Assembly (NCBI GenBank): GCA_026982565.1
Contig: JALSGV010000042.1
Coordinates: 11,956 to 75,955 of the forward strand
Reading direction: 5' to 3'
DNA length: 64,000 nucleotides
Source of the DNA: Gammaproteobacteria bacterium
Lineage (GTDB): Bacteria; Pseudomonadota; Gammaproteobacteria; SZUA-140
In this document: piece after piece, positions 47,767 through 59,322 of the stretch
How positions within the stretch are numbered: position 1 is the first letter of the stretch
Layout of the letters: each line of letters begins with the position of its first letter
The notes under the pieces: model-generated
Databases searched by the model: none
What the model was told of the DNA's origin: nothing
The model's input: only the letters and a program-made list of their open reading frames with translations
Made by a program: the position numbers and the translations under genes

Positions 47767-49146
47767 TTAATGTCCATGGCTGCCTCCCATGGGGACGGCC
47801 GGTCGCCGTGGCTTGCCGTCCATGGGCAGTGGAACCAGTTCCGCAATGGTCAGGCGGTCCTCGATGAGATATTTTTGCGCCACCGCCTGGACCTGCTCCG
47901 CGGTCACCGCGCGAATGCGGTCGACGTATTCATCCAGCAGGCGCCAGTCCAGACCGACGGTCTCCAGGGCGCCGATCTGCATGGCCTGGTAGAACACGGA
48001 GTCGAGCTGGTAGACATTGCTGGCGACCACCTGGGCCTTGATACGGGCCAGTTCCTCCGCGCTGACCGGTTCCTCGCGCAGACGCCGGATCTGTCCCCGC
48101 AGGGCCGCCTCCAGGTCCGCCGCGGAATACCCCTGGGCCGGGGTGCCATCGAGAATGAACAGGGATTCGAGGCGGGCTGTCATGTTATAGCCCGCGCCTG
48201 CGCTGGCGGCCACCTGCTGGCCACGGATCAGCTCGCGGGCGATTCTGGCGCTGGCGCCGCCATCCAGAATGCCGGCCAGCACATCCAGGGCATAGGGTTC
48301 CCATGTTTCCTGACTGGTCTTGAGGGTCGGGACCTTGTAACCCATGATGAGGTAGGGTAATTGGGCCGGGGCTTTGACTACCGCACGGCGCAGTCCCTTT
48401 TGCGCTGCCTCCAGACGCGGTTTGGGTGGCGTCAGCTTGCTGGGCTTGAGGCGCCCGAAATATTTCCTGGCCAGGCGGTAGACCTTGTCGGGCTCCACGT
48501 CGCCCACGACGACCACCGTGGCGTTGTTGGGCGCATACCACTGGCGGTACCAGTCCTTGAGATCCTCGATGCGGAGATTCTCCAGGTCGTTCATCCAGCC
48601 GATGATAGGGTTATGGTAGGGGCTGTTGACATAGGCCGTTGCATTGAACTGCTCATAGGTGAGGGCCTGGGGGTTGTCTTCGGTGCGCAGGCGGCGCTCT
48701 TCCATGACCACCTGCACTTCCTTGAGAAATTCATCCTGGGGCAGGGTGAGGTTGCGCATGCGGTCGGCCTCCAGCTTGAAACTCACTTCGAGGCGGCTCT
48801 GTTCCAGCTGCTGGAAATAGGCCGTGTAGTCGTTACCGGTGAAGGCGTTCTCGCGCCCGCCGTTGGCGCTGATGATGCGCGAGAACTCGCCGCTGGGATA
48901 CTTTTTCGTGCCCTTGAACATCATGTGCTCCAGGACGTGGGAAATACCGGTGATGCCGCTGTATTCATAGCTGCTGCCGATCTTGTACCACACCTGGGAC
49001 ACCACCACCGGCGCGCGGTGGTCTTCCTTGACGATGAGTTTCAGACCGTTCTTGAGCCGGTATTCATGGGTCGTCACCGTCTGCTCTGTGGCAAACAGGG
49101 TAAAGGGGAGGAATAACAGTGATATAGTCAATATCCATCGGCGCAT
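47767..49146 (-). CDS. M16-family zinc peptidase (pitrilysin-like)
   Basis: Signal peptide; zinc motif HVLEHMMFKGT. Confidence 0.85.
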   Translation of the reverse strand: MRRWILTISLLFLPFTLFATEQTVTTHEYRLKNGLKLIVKEDHRAPVVVSQVWYKIGSSYEYSGITGISHVLEHMMFKGTKKYPSGEFSRIISANGGRENAFTGNDYTAYFQQLEQSRLEVSFKLEADRMRNLTLPQDEFLKEVQVVMEERRLRTEDNPQALTYEQFNATAYVNSPYHNPIIGWMNDLENLRIEDLKDWYRQWYAPNNATVVVVGDVEPDKVYRLARKYFGRLKPSKLTPPKPRLEAAQKGLRRAVVKAPAQLPYLIMGYKVPTLKTSQETWEPYALDVLAGILDGGASARIARELIRGQQVAASAGAGYNMTARLESLFILDGTPAQGYSAADLEAALRGQIRRLREEPVSAEELARIKAQVVASNVYQLDSVFYQAMQIGALETVGLDWRLLDEYVDRIRAVTAEQVQAVAQKYLIEDRLTIAELVPLPMDGKPRRPAVPMGGSHGH

Positions 49147-49299
49147 TGCGGGAAATATCCTTATGTTGATTTTTGTTTCCAGTATCAGACCGTATAATGT
49201 CGATTGCCTTTAGACATCGTGAGTGTCTGATAGTTTACCTGTCCCGGAAGCGACAGATGGTTAGATTACTTTATAAATCGGATAGAGCTCAAATCTATT

Positions 49300-50271
49300 A
49301 TGTTCGGATTCGGCAAGAAAAAAGACCGTGACAAGGCGCGGGATGAAACGGCGGAAACTTCCTTTTTCGGGCGCCTTAAGAATGGCCTGGCCCGCACCCG
49401 CGCCGGCCTCTTCGGCGGCCTGGGTGACCTTTTGCGTGGCGGGAAGGGCATCGACGATGAAATCCTGGAGGAGATCGAGATGCATCTGCTGTCCGCCGAT
49501 GTGGGCGTGGAGGCCACTCGCGGCATCATCGAGGATCTCACGGCGCGCCTGTCACGACGCGAACTCAGCGACAGCGAGACCCTGTTCGCCGCCCTCCGCG
49601 AGGATATGCTGAAGATACTTGAACCCTGCGGCCGGCGCCTGGAAATCACGGATCACCAGCCTTTCGTGATACTCATGGTGGGGGTCAACGGGGTGGGCAA
49701 GACCACCACCATCGGCAAGCTGGCGCGGCGTTTCCAGCAGGAGGGGCGCAGTGTGATGCTGGCGGCCGGCGACACCTTCCGCGCCGCGGCGGTGGAACAA
49801 CTGCTTGCCTGGGGCGAGCGCAACGGCGTGCCCGTCATCGCCCAGCCCAGGGCCTCGGATCCAGCCTCGGTGATCTTCGATGCCCTTCAGTCGGCGCGGG
49901 CGCGCAAGGTGGATGTGCTGATTGCCGATACCGCGGGGCGCCTGCACACCCAGTCCAATCTCATGGAGGAACTCAAGAAGGTCAAGCGCGTCATGGCCAA
50001 GATCGATGAAACCGCGCCCCACGAGATCATGTTGGTGGTGGACGCCGGCACCGGCCAGAACGCCCTCTCCCAGGCAGTCCAGTTCGACCAAGCCGTGGGC
50101 CTGACCGGCATCACCCTCACCAAGCTGGACGGCACCGCCAAGGGGGGCGTCATCTTCGCCATCGCCAAAAAGACCGGCCTCCCCATCCGCTACATCGGCG
50201 TCGGCGAGCAGGCGGAAGACCTGCGCGTCTTCGATGCGCAGGAGTTCGTGCAGGCCTTGTTCGAAGACTGA
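49300..50271 (+). CDS. ftsY: signal recognition particle receptor
   Basis: GVNGVGKTTTIGKLA, DTAGRL, TKLDGTAKGG. Confidence 0.9.
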   Translation: MFGFGKKKDRDKARDETAETSFFGRLKNGLARTRAGLFGGLGDLLRGGKGIDDEILEEIEMHLLSADVGVEATRGIIEDLTARLSRRELSDSETLFAALREDMLKILEPCGRRLEITDHQPFVILMVGVNGVGKTTTIGKLARRFQQEGRSVMLAAGDTFRAAAVEQLLAWGERNGVPVIAQPRASDPASVIFDALQSARARKVDVLIADTAGRLHTQSNLMEELKKVKRVMAKIDETAPHEIMLVVDAGTGQNALSQAVQFDQAVGLTGITLTKLDGTAKGGVIFAIAKKTGLPIRYIGVGEQAEDLRVFDAQEFVQALFED

Positions 50272-50287
50272 TGGAGGGGGGATTTTT

Positions 50288-50320
50288 CCTTGTATCTTTT
50301 CCCTTGTATCTTGTATCTTC
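50288..50320 (+). repeat. CCTTGTAY-type repeat cluster, locus 1 (ftsY-ftsE spacer)
   Basis: CCTTGTATCTTTT-CCCTTGTATCTTGTATCTTC. Confidence 0.7.
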
Positions 50321-50326
50321 ACCTCC

Positions 50327-51000
<674 letters not shown>

Positions 51001-51004
<4 letters not shown>

Positions 51005-52026
51005 GGGGAGTGGAACGTTTTGCTTCGGCGCGTCGAGACCGCCATGGCGACGGTGCGCCACGGCGCCAGGAAAAACGCCGCCCTGCCGCGCGGGGTTCCT
51101 TGAAGGGCAAAGGCGCAGCCTACGTGGCGGGACATATGCAGGCACTGTTGCACAGTCTGGGGCGCATGGCGCAGCGGCCTCTGTCCAGCGCCATGACCGT
51201 GGCGGTGATCGGCATCGCCCTGGCCCTGCCCACGGGCTTGCACGTGATTCTCCAGAACCTGCAGGGGGTCAGCGCCGGCTGGGAGAACACGGCCCAGATG
51301 TCCTTGTTCCTCAAACAGGATGTCCCGCAGGAGGCGGCGGAACGCCTGCGCGCCCGCCTGGAGGGCATGACTGAAATTGCCGAGGTGGTCCATATCTCAC
51401 CGCAGCAGGCCCTGGACGAGTTCCGCACTACATCCGGCTTCGGCACCGCCCTCGATTCGTTGCAGGAGAACCCCTTGCCCACAGTGCTGGTGGTGCAACC
51501 CAGGCTGGAGTTCAACGATCCCCGGTTACTGCAGAGCTTGCGGGAGCGAATGCAGGCCCTGCCTGAAGTGGATATGGCGCAACTCGACATGGAGTGGATA
51601 GAGCGCCTCTTCGCCATCATGGAGATCGGCCGCCGTGGTGTGCTGATTCTGGGGGTGTTGTTGTCCCTGGCCGTACTGCTCATCGTGGGTAATACCATCC
51701 GCCTCGCCATCCAGAACCGCCGTGAGGAAATCGAGGTGCAGAAACTCATCGGCGCCACTGACGCATTCATCCGCCGCCCCTTTCTCTACAACGGCTTCTG
51801 GCACGGCCTGTTTGGCGCGATGACTGCATGGTTACTGGTCAGTATTTCCATGGCGCTGCTCAACGGGCCGGTAAGCCGCCTCTCCCTGCTCTATGACAGT
51901 AGCCGTACACTGAGCGGTCTGGGCATCGCCGCCAGCTTGTCCCTGCTGCTGGCCGGTATCCTGTTGGGGCTGGTGGGCGCCTGGGTGGCGGTGGGGCGCA
52001 ACCTGCGTGAGATAGAGCCTGGTTGA
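51001..52026 (+). CDS. ftsX: cell-division ABC transporter permease
   Basis: ATGA overlap with ftsE; basic N-terminal tail and 4 TM. Confidence 0.85.
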
Positions 52027-52200
52027 GGCTGGCAGGTGTCGAGTGCGCAGTATTTTTGTATGTTGTTGTTTGTTAAGTAATATCAATAGATTAATGGTTT
52101 TCCGCAAGGTGGGGGCTATCGGGTAAGGGAACTTTTACACGTGCTGGCACTCATATGGTGAGAGTGCTAACATTGGTTTGTAAGGCACGGAAGATCCATT

Positions 52201-53070
52201 TTGGGAGGAACAACCTTGATCCAGAATATTGAAAACAGCTTGATACCATCGACGGGTAGCCTGGAAGCCTACATCCAGGCCGTCGGCAGTCAGCCTGTAT
52301 TGGATGCGGAAGAGGAACGCCGCCTGGCCCGCCTGTATCGCGATGAAAACAACCTGGCGGCGGCGCGCAAGCTGATCGTTTCCAATCTGCGTTTCGTGGT
52401 ACACATCGCCCGCGGCTACGCCGGCTATGGCCTGCCCCAGGCGGACCTCATCCAGGAAGGCAATGTGGGCCTGATGAAGGCCGTCAAGCGTTTCGATCCG
52501 GAGATGAACGTGCGCCTGGTGTCCTATGCCGTGCACTGGATCCGCGCCGAGATCCACGAATACATCCTGCGCAACTGGCGCATCGTCAAGGTGGCCACCA
52601 CCAAGGCCCAGCGCAAGCTGTTCTTCAATCTGCGTTCCGCCAAGAAACGCCTCGGCTGGTTGGGCAAGGACGAGGTGGAAGCCGTGGCCCGCGACCTGGG
52701 CGTCAAGCCCGACGAGGTGCGCGAGATGGAGGCCCGCCTGAGCAGTCACGACGCCTCTTTCGATCCCTGTTTGGACCGCGATGAAGACGAGGAACGCGCC
52801 CATGCGCCAGCGGCTTACCTGCAGGACCTGCGCATGGATCCCACCACTCAGGTGGAAGAGGATGACTGGCAGAGCAGCAACGAGACGCGCCTGCACGAGG
52901 CCATGGCGGACCTGGATGAGCGCAGCCAGGAGATTCTCAAGGCGCGCTGGATGAGCGACGACAAGGCCACCTTGCAGGAACTGGCCTCGCGTTACCGGGT
53001 CTCGGCCGAGCGCATCCGTCAGCTGGAGAAGAACGCCATGAAAAAACTCAGGTACGCCCTGGAGGCCTGA
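52201..53070 (+). CDS. rpoH: RNA polymerase sigma-32 factor
   Basis: RpoH box ([33 protein letters not shown]). There is no ATG start: the candidates are TTG 52201 or, more likely, TTG 52216 (GGAGG lies 7 nt upstream). Confidence 0.9.
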   Translation: MGGTTLIQNIENSLIPSTGSLEAYIQAVGSQPVLDAEEERRLARLYRDENNLAAARKLIVSNLRFVVHIARGYAGYGLPQADLIQEGNVGLMKAVKRFDPEMNVRLVSYAVHWIRAEIHEYILRNWRIVKVATTKAQRKLFFNLRSAKKRLGWLGKDEVEAVARDLGVKPDEVREMEARLSSHDASFDPCLDRDEDEERAHAPAAYLQDLRMDPTTQVEEDDWQSSNETRLHEAMADLDERSQEILKARWMSDDKATLQELASRYRVSAERIRQLEKNAMKKLRYALEA

Positions 53071-53185
53071 GTTCCACCATCACCGCGGGGCGGCGGTCTT
53101 GCCGTTCCGTCATATCCTCCACTTTTATCACGAAGTACACGAAAATCACGAAGAAGAAAAATTCTTTGTGACGCTTGCCTTATCG

Positions 53186-53207
53186 CCTGAAGCCGCAGAT
53201 TCAGGTT
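53186..53207 (-). repeat. short hairpin CCTGAA-N8-TTCAGGT, copy 2 (just downstream of bioD)
   Basis: CCTGAAGCCGCAGATTCAGGTT. Confidence 0.5.
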
Positions 53208-53219
53208 CTCAGTCTTGCA

Positions 53220-53900
53220 TCATCGGCTGAGCAGGGCGGCCACATTCAGATGGTTGGCAATAAGGCCGGCATCCAGGCTTGTCATATTCGGTATTACGCC
53301 CAAGCAGGGGATGTCCAGATTGTCGCGCAGGGTGGCGATGACGGCCTCCTGCATGAGACACCGGGGATCGACCACATTGGCCACCCAGCCAGCCACATCG
53401 ACTTCTTCCTGCATGACCCGGTAGCTCAGCAAGGCGTGACTCAAACAACCGAGGCGGATGCCCACGACCAGGATGACAGGCAGTTCGAGCGCATGGGCCA
53501 GGTCCGCCACGGTGTGCCGGGGACTCAGGGGGGCCAGCCAGCCTCCCACACCTTCGACGAGATAGACATCAGCCTGTTCCCCGGTGGAGAGGCAGTGAGC
53601 GGCCAGTCTGTCGATTTCAACGGCGGCGCCTTGGGCCTCGGCCGCCAAGTGAGGCGAGACGGGCAGTTCCAGGGCGCAGGGATTGACTTGACGATAATCC
53701 AGGGACTCCGTGCCGTGCGCCATCAATATGAGGGCATCCTCGTTGCGCAGCTCCCCCGCCACCATCTCGCACCCCGAGGCGACAGGCTTCAGGCCCAGGG
53801 TGCGGTAACCCTGGCGGGCAAAGGCCCGCAGCAGGCCGGCCGTGATCCAGGTCTTGCCGATGCCCGTATCCGTGCCGGTGATGAAGAAGCCTGTACTCAT
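53220..53900 (-). CDS. bioD: dethiobiotin synthase
   Basis: FFITGTDTGIGKT. Confidence 0.9.
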   Translation of the reverse strand: MSTGFFITGTDTGIGKTWITAGLLRAFARQGYRTLGLKPVASGCEMVAGELRNEDALILMAHGTESLDYRQVNPCALELPVSPHLAAEAQGAAVEIDRLAAHCLSTGEQADVYLVEGVGGWLAPLSPRHTVADLAHALELPVILVVGIRLGCLSHALLSYRVMQEEVDVAGWVANVVDPRCLMQEAVIATLRDNLDIPCLGVIPNMTSLDAGLIANHLNVAALLSR

Positions 53901-54802
53901 GGCTTGTCACCAGGACGTTTCAACGACGACAGGGGAACGGTTGCCGCTCCTCCATCCCGCCGTGGGCGGTCCGCGGCGGGTTTCCAGCAGTGGCCGTAGA
54001 CGATCTCATAGGTGGCCGGCAGGACGCCGTTCTCCCGCAGGCGCTCGTAGGCTGACAGCATTTTTTTCAGGCGGGCCTTGCCCGTGAGGCCACGCGCCCG
54101 CCCCGCGGTGAAGTTCTGCGCGCCGATGGCCTTGAGGTCGTTCATGAGGCGACGGACGTCGGGGTAGGTCACGGTAATGGTTTCCATGTCCATCACGGGG
54201 TCGGCAAAGCCGCAGCGCAGCAGGGCATCGCCGATATCGTGCATGTCCGTGAAGGCATTGACGTGGGTGAAGCCGTCCGCGGCCCGCCAGCTGGCGCGCA
54301 GTTCCTTGAGGGTGTCCGGGCCGAAAGTAGTGAACATCAGCAGGCCACTGGGGCGCAGAATACGCCGCAGTTCATGGAATGTGTGATCCAGGTCGTCACA
54401 CCACTGCAGAGTGAGGCCCGAGATCGCCATGTCCATGCAGCCGCCCCGCAATGGTAACTGGTCGACGTCGCCACAGACATAATCCTGCCTGGGGAAGAGC
54501 CGCCTGAGCAGGGGTTGTCGCTGCCGCGCATGGCGCAGCATGGCATGGGCGAAATCCAGGGAGAGAAGGCGGGCCTGTGGATAGCGTTGCTGGATCTGCC
54601 TGCCGATGTGCCCGGTGCCGGCGCCGATATCGACGATGTTCCGCGGCGTCAGGCGGATATAGTCCAGGCGCTCCACCATCCTGTCGCCCACCTCGCGTTG
54701 CAGCAGCGCGGCCTCATCGTAGCTGCGCGCCGCGCGCTCGAAGGCGTGGCGGGCGCGGCGCTTGTCCAGCCGGTAGGCGGAGAATCGGGGCTCAGTGTTC
54801 AT
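53897..54802 (-). CDS. bioC: malonyl-ACP O-methyltransferase
   Basis: SAM motif DIGAGTG and position in the bio operon. Start 54802 (MNTEPRF) is chosen; the ORF is listed from 54835. Confidence 0.8.
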   Translation of the reverse strand: MNTEPRFSAYRLDKRRARHAFERAARSYDEAALLQREVGDRMVERLDYIRLTPRNIVDIGAGTGHIGRQIQQRYPQARLLSLDFAHAMLRHARQRQPLLRRLFPRQDYVCGDVDQLPLRGGCMDMAISGLTLQWCDDLDHTFHELRRILRPSGLLMFTTFGPDTLKELRASWRAADGFTHVNAFTDMHDIGDALLRCGFADPVMDMETITVTYPDVRRLMNDLKAIGAQNFTAGRARGLTGKARLKKMLSAYERLRENGVLPATYEIVYGHCWKPAADRPRRDGGAATVPLSSLKRPGDKP

Positions 54803-55562
54803 GGCAGAAGGCCCGCACGGCATGGACGAATTCATGGTGGTGCGTCAGAAAGGGGGCATGGCCGGCGCCGTCGAAGAGGCGGATGCGGGTATCCGGCAGT
54901 TGCCGTCCGCAGGTCTCGGCGGCCTGACAGGGAATGATGGCGTCACGCTTTCCATGGATAAGCAGTGTTGGACAGCCCACATGCGCCAGGGTGGGGCGCA
55001 GGTCGGTGTCCCGCAACAGCGCCAGACTCTCGCGCAGCGCCGGGGACCGTGCCGTGGGGCGGGACGCCAGCAGGGTCTGCAGCCTTCGCGTGGCGCCGCG
55101 CGGGTCAAGGGAGCCATGGGCCTGCAGGGCAAGGAAGCGTTGCAGGGCGCGCCGGCTGTCCCGTTCGACAAGCTTTGCGAAAGACGCGAAGCTGTCCTCT
55201 GACATGGCATGGGACCAGTCCGGGGCGGCGCGGAAGCGGGGCGTGCCGCCCACCAGGATGAGGCGCGCGACTTGGTGTGGAAAACGGCGCGCCAGTTCCA
55301 GGGCGATCATTCCCCCCAGGGACCAGCCGATGAGTGTGGTTCTCTCCCTGATGAGGCGCGCGGCGCCGGACGTCAGCGCCGCGAGGGAAAAGGCCTTGCT
55401 GGCGTATGGACTGTAGCCATGGCCCGGCAGGTCCAGCAGGGTAGTGGTGAAATTGTGCCGCAGGTCTTGCGCGCAGGCGTTCCAGAAGCCGCCATGCATG
55501 CCCCAGCCATGAATGAACAACAGCTGCGGGCCGTGACCCGCTGTCTCGGCGTGGAGTGTCAT
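54792..55562 (-). CDS. bioH: pimeloyl-ACP methyl ester carboxylesterase
   Basis: Alpha/beta hydrolase with FIHGWG and GWSLGG. The ATG at 55562 overlaps the bioF stop; the listed 350-aa ORF is an upstream extension. Confidence 0.8.
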   Translation of the reverse strand: MTLHAETAGHGPQLLFIHGWGMHGGFWNACAQDLRHNFTTTLLDLPGHGYSPYASKAFSLAALTSGAARLIRERTTLIGWSLGGMIALELARRFPHQVARLILVGGTPRFRAAPDWSHAMSEDSFASFAKLVERDSRRALQRFLALQAHGSLDPRGATRRLQTLLASRPTARSPALRESLALLRDTDLRPTLAHVGCPTLLIHGKRDAIIPCQAAETCGRQLPDTRIRLFDGAGHAPFLTHHHEFVHAVRAFCHEH

Positions 55563-56782
55563 ATCACCGAGGACAGGGCTTCCAGGAGTTGGTCGACCTG
55601 GGTTTTCGTGTGATTGGCGCACAGGGTGATGCGCAGGCGGGCGCTGCCCGCAGGGACGGTAGGGGGGCGTATGGCCGTCACCAGGATGCCGCGATCCTCC
55701 AGCGCCTTGCTGGCGGCCAGGGTGCGCTGGTTGTCGCCGAGGATGAGGGGAATGATGGGGACGCAGGCGGCCTGGCCTGCCCCCGTCAGGTGAGTCGCCA
55801 GGGGCAGTCCCAGTTGCTTTGCGCCCTCGATGAAACGCCGGCACAGGCCATGCAGCCGTTCACGGCGCTCATGCCCATCCCGCACCAGGCGCAGGGCGGC
55901 GAGGCTGGCGTGGGCGATGGCCGGTGGCAGGGCCGTGGTGTATATATAGGTGCGGGCGAACTGAATCAGATATTCGATGAGTTCATCACTGCCCGCCACG
56001 AAGGCGCCAAAGGTGCCGAAGGCCTTGCCCAGGGTGCCCATCAACACCGGCGCTTGGTCTTCACCCAGGTTGTAGTATTCCAGTGTCCCCCGGCCTTCCC
56101 GGCCGATGACGCCCAGGCCGTGCGCATCGTCGATCATTAGCAGGGCATCCTTTTCCCGGGCCAGCGCAGCCAGCCCTGGCAAAGGCGCCAGGTCACCGTC
56201 CATGCTGAAGACGCCGTCGCTGGCGATCAGCGCCGGTTTGTCGGCGAGCTTTTCCAGGCGCCGCGCCAGGGCCTGCGGGTCGCCGTGGCGATAGCGCTGC
56301 AGGCGCGCGCGTGACAGCAGGGCGGCGTCTATGAGGGAGGCATGGTTGAGGCGGTCCTCGAAGACAGGGTCGCCGGGCGAGACCAGGGCGCTGATGACGC
56401 CCAGGTTGGCCAGGTAGCCGGAGGAAAACAGCAGCGCCCTGCTGCGACCCGTGAAGGCCGCCAGCGCCGTTTCCAGTTCATGATGGACCGCGCTGTGGCC
56501 GGAGACAAGATGGGAGGCGCCGCTGCCCACTCCATACCGCCTGGCGCCCTCCTGCAGGGCTGTGACCAGGGCCGGGTCATTGGCGAGGCCGAGGTAGTCG
56601 TTGCTGCAGAAGGTGATGCAGTGTTTGCCATCGATGGTGACAGTGGTGTCCTGGGGGCCTTGCCGAACCTTGCGCGTTCGATAGAGGTGGGATTGGCGCT
56701 GCCGGACAAGGCGGGCCGATATCGGGCTCGCCGCCCCGCCCGTCGTCTTCCAGGCTTCAAGCATGTTCCGCTCTGTGTACAA
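55559..56782 (-). CDS. bioF: 8-amino-7-oxononanoate synthase
   Basis: PLP-dependent; the SNDYLGL-type motif reads CSNDYLGLA, and TLGKAFG carries the lysine. Confidence 0.9.
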   Translation of the reverse strand: MYTERNMLEAWKTTGGAASPISARLVRQRQSHLYRTRKVRQGPQDTTVTIDGKHCITFCSNDYLGLANDPALVTALQEGARRYGVGSGASHLVSGHSAVHHELETALAAFTGRSRALLFSSGYLANLGVISALVSPGDPVFEDRLNHASLIDAALLSRARLQRYRHGDPQALARRLEKLADKPALIASDGVFSMDGDLAPLPGLAALAREKDALLMIDDAHGLGVIGREGRGTLEYYNLGEDQAPVLMGTLGKAFGTFGAFVAGSDELIEYLIQFARTYIYTTALPPAIAHASLAALRLVRDGHERRERLHGLCRRFIEGAKQLGLPLATHLTGAGQAACVPIIPLILGDNQRTLAASKALEDRGILVTAIRPPTVPAGSARLRITLCANHTKTQVDQLLEALSSVI

Positions 56783-56817
56783 CAGCTGAAAACGGCATAT
56801 AAAACGACCAGGCTGTA

Positions 56818-57855
56818 TTATGCGGATACAAGTTCCCGCCGTACCGCCGCGCGGCGCTGCTGGGTGTCGCCGCGCACCTTGAGATTGAGGTCGGCCAGCA
56901 TCCGCAGGTCGTCTTCCACCTGGCGGCCCTGGGTGGTGAGATAGTCGCCGATCATGACGCCGGAGGCGCCGGCCATGAAGATCATGGCCTGCAGGTCGCG
57001 CAGGAATTGCCTGCCGCCGGCGATACGGATCTCGGCGCGGGGCAGCATGTAACGGAATGTCGCGATATTTTTGAGTATCTCCAGGGGCTGCATGGGCGCC
57101 TGGTCGCCGAATGGCGTACCTTCCTGGGGCGACAGAAAATTCAGGGGGACGGATTCCACCCCCAGTTTTCTCAGCGTGGCGGCCAGCTCGATACGTTGAT
57201 CCAGGCTTTCACCCATGCCGAGAATGCCCCCGGCGCATACCCGCAGGCCTGCATCCACGGCATTTTTGATGGTATCGATATTCTCCTGGTAGCTGTGTGT
57301 GGTGCATACCTGGTCGAAGTAGCTCTCCGCCGCTTCCAGGTTGTGGTGATAGTTTTCCAGTCCGGCCTCCTTGAGCATATGGGCCGTTTCCCCGTCGAGG
57401 ACGCCCAGGCTGGCGCAGCGCCCGATGTCCGAATCCTTCTCCATGGCTTCGAAATAGCGCCGCAGTTGCTCCCGCTCCCGTTCCGAGCGTACCCCCCAGC
57501 CCTTGGAGACCACGCCGAAGTCGCTGGCGCCCCATTCCCGGGCGCGTTTCGCCTGGCGGGCCAGGTCTTGCGCGGGGATATAATCATAGACCGGAGAGCG
57601 GGTCTGGTAGTGGCCGCTCTGGGCGCAGAAGCCACAGTTTTCCGAGCAATTGCCAGAGCGCACATTGGCAATGGCGCACACCTCGATTTCCTCGCCCCGG
57701 AAATGGCGCCGGATGCGGTCGGCGCCGGCCATCAGGTGGGGGAGGAGGGCATCGTCCAGGCGGATCATCCAGCGCCCTTCCCCGCTGGTCATTTCACCGC
57801 CCGCCAGGATACGCGCTGTAATCTCGTCCAGACGTTGGTATATTGAGTCTGTCAT
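56818..57855 (-). CDS. bioB: biotin synthase
   Basis: Radical-SAM motif CSENCGFCAQ. Confidence 0.95.
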   Translation of the reverse strand: MTDSIYQRLDEITARILAGGEMTSGEGRWMIRLDDALLPHLMAGADRIRRHFRGEEIEVCAIANVRSGNCSENCGFCAQSGHYQTRSPVYDYIPAQDLARQAKRAREWGASDFGVVSKGWGVRSEREREQLRRYFEAMEKDSDIGRCASLGVLDGETAHMLKEAGLENYHHNLEAAESYFDQVCTTHSYQENIDTIKNAVDAGLRVCAGGILGMGESLDQRIELAATLRKLGVESVPLNFLSPQEGTPFGDQAPMQPLEILKNIATFRYMLPRAEIRIAGGRQFLRDLQAMIFMAGASGVMIGDYLTTQGRQVEDDLRMLADLNLKVRGDTQQRRAAVRRELVSA

Positions 57856-57942
57856 CGGGCCGGTTCTCCTCCGAAATGAGGAAATATGAATCGTGACTGG
57901 TCTGATGTCAACTATTCATAGGCAAGGAAAGTTGACAATTGC

Positions 57943-58668
57943 ATGGAAAGCATACAGTTCTCCTGTTTTCCCGGTGTCTGTACCCTGTGTGGCGATGCCT
58001 GCGGGGCGGCAATGGATCTGTGTGAGCCCTGCCGGGCGGATCTGCCATTTCAGGTTCACGGTTGTCCTGGTTGTGGCGTCACCCTGCCAGCTTGCGGCCT
58101 GTGCGGCCGGTGTCTCGGCAGGAGGCCCGCTTATCATGGCGTGGTGAGCCTGTTTGAATATGTTCCTCCGGTAGATGGGTTGATCACGGGGCTTAAATAT
58201 CACGGTAAATTGGGCCATGCCCGCCTGTTGGGGCAGCTATTGACACAAAGGCTGCTTCGGCACGATGGAGAACGTCCGGAGGTGATTCTCCCTGTTCCCC
58301 TCCATGGGAAGCGTCTGCACGAGCGCGGTTTCAACCAGGCCGTGGAAATCGCCCGGCCCGTGGCCCATGCATTACAGGTTCCCATCGAATTGCACGCCTG
58401 CCGGCGCCGGCGCATGACCTCACCCCAGTCCACCCTGCCGGCGGCGCAGCGGCAAAAAAATGTCCGGAACGCCTTTGCCATGACAAGGGATTGCCAGTGG
58501 CGCCGCGTGGCCATTGTCGATGATGTCATGACCACCGGTCACACGGTCGCGGCGCTGGCGCAGTGTCTGCGCCATCATGGGGTGGAGGAAGTTCAAGTCT
58601 GGGTCTGCGCCAGGGCCGCACCGCTGGTGGGATCCGGTGATGTTGGGATGTCTGGCAAACTGTGTTAG
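57943..58668 (+). CDS. ComF-family phosphoribosyltransferase-domain protein
   Basis: N-terminal Cys-rich zinc-ribbon region; PRTase motif VAIVDDVMTTGHT. Confidence 0.8.
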   Translation: MESIQFSCFPGVCTLCGDACGAAMDLCEPCRADLPFQVHGCPGCGVTLPACGLCGRCLGRRPAYHGVVSLFEYVPPVDGLITGLKYHGKLGHARLLGQLLTQRLLRHDGERPEVILPVPLHGKRLHERGFNQAVEIARPVAHALQVPIELHACRRRRMTSPQSTLPAAQRQKNVRNAFAMTRDCQWRRVAIVDDVMTTGHTVAALAQCLRHHGVEEVQVWVCARAAPLVGSGDVGMSGKLC

Positions 58669-58737
58669 ATTCACCGCCTTGACGCGGCGGGAGATGCCGG
58701 GGGTTTTTGTGATGAACGATCATTAAGGAAGGGGTGG

Positions 58738-59310
58738 ATGATGATATTGAGGGTTTTACTGGTCACTGCTCTGGCAGTCTGCAGTCACTTGGCGATGGCG
58801 CGCACGATGGATGTGAATCTGAGCAGTGACACGGCGGAGTTCAGATTCAGCATGAACCCTTCCGGCCAGGGCCGCTTTGGCAACTCTGAACTGGATCTGG
58901 GCATGATCTACACCACGGATGATGATTACATTGGCGTGGCGGGCATCCAGGTCATCGGCGATACCGGCAGCCGCTCGCCGGGACTCAAGGCCGGCGTCGG
59001 GGTCAAGCTGTTTGGCGGCAGTACGGACAGGAACAATGACTTCCTTGCGATTACCCTTGGCGGTTCATTGCGTTACAACCCGCCCTTTCTTGACAGGTTC
59101 GATATCCGCGCCTATATTAACTACGCGCCCAAAATCGTCAGCTTCGTGGATGCCGACAATTTCAGTTACTACGGTATTCGTGCAGGCTATGAAATCATGC
59201 AGGAGGCGCTGGTCTATGTCGGCTACCGCAGGATAGAGCTGGGGCCTGCGAAAGGCTCTGATGAAACCATAGACAGCGGCATGAATATCGGCGTCGAATT
59301 CTATTTCTGA
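58738..59310 (+). CDS. YfaZ-like small outer-membrane beta-barrel protein
   Basis: Signal peptide, alternating beta pattern, C-terminal GVEFYF. By eye it is similar to E. coli YfaZ. Confidence 0.55.
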   Translation: MMILRVLLVTALAVCSHLAMARTMDVNLSSDTAEFRFSMNPSGQGRFGNSELDLGMIYTTDDDYIGVAGIQVIGDTGSRSPGLKAGVGVKLFGGSTDRNNDFLAITLGGSLRYNPPFLDRFDIRAYINYAPKIVSFVDADNFSYYGIRAGYEIMQEALVYVGYRRIELGPAKGSDETIDSGMNIGVEFYF

Positions 59311-59322
59311 GGAGGGGCTGTC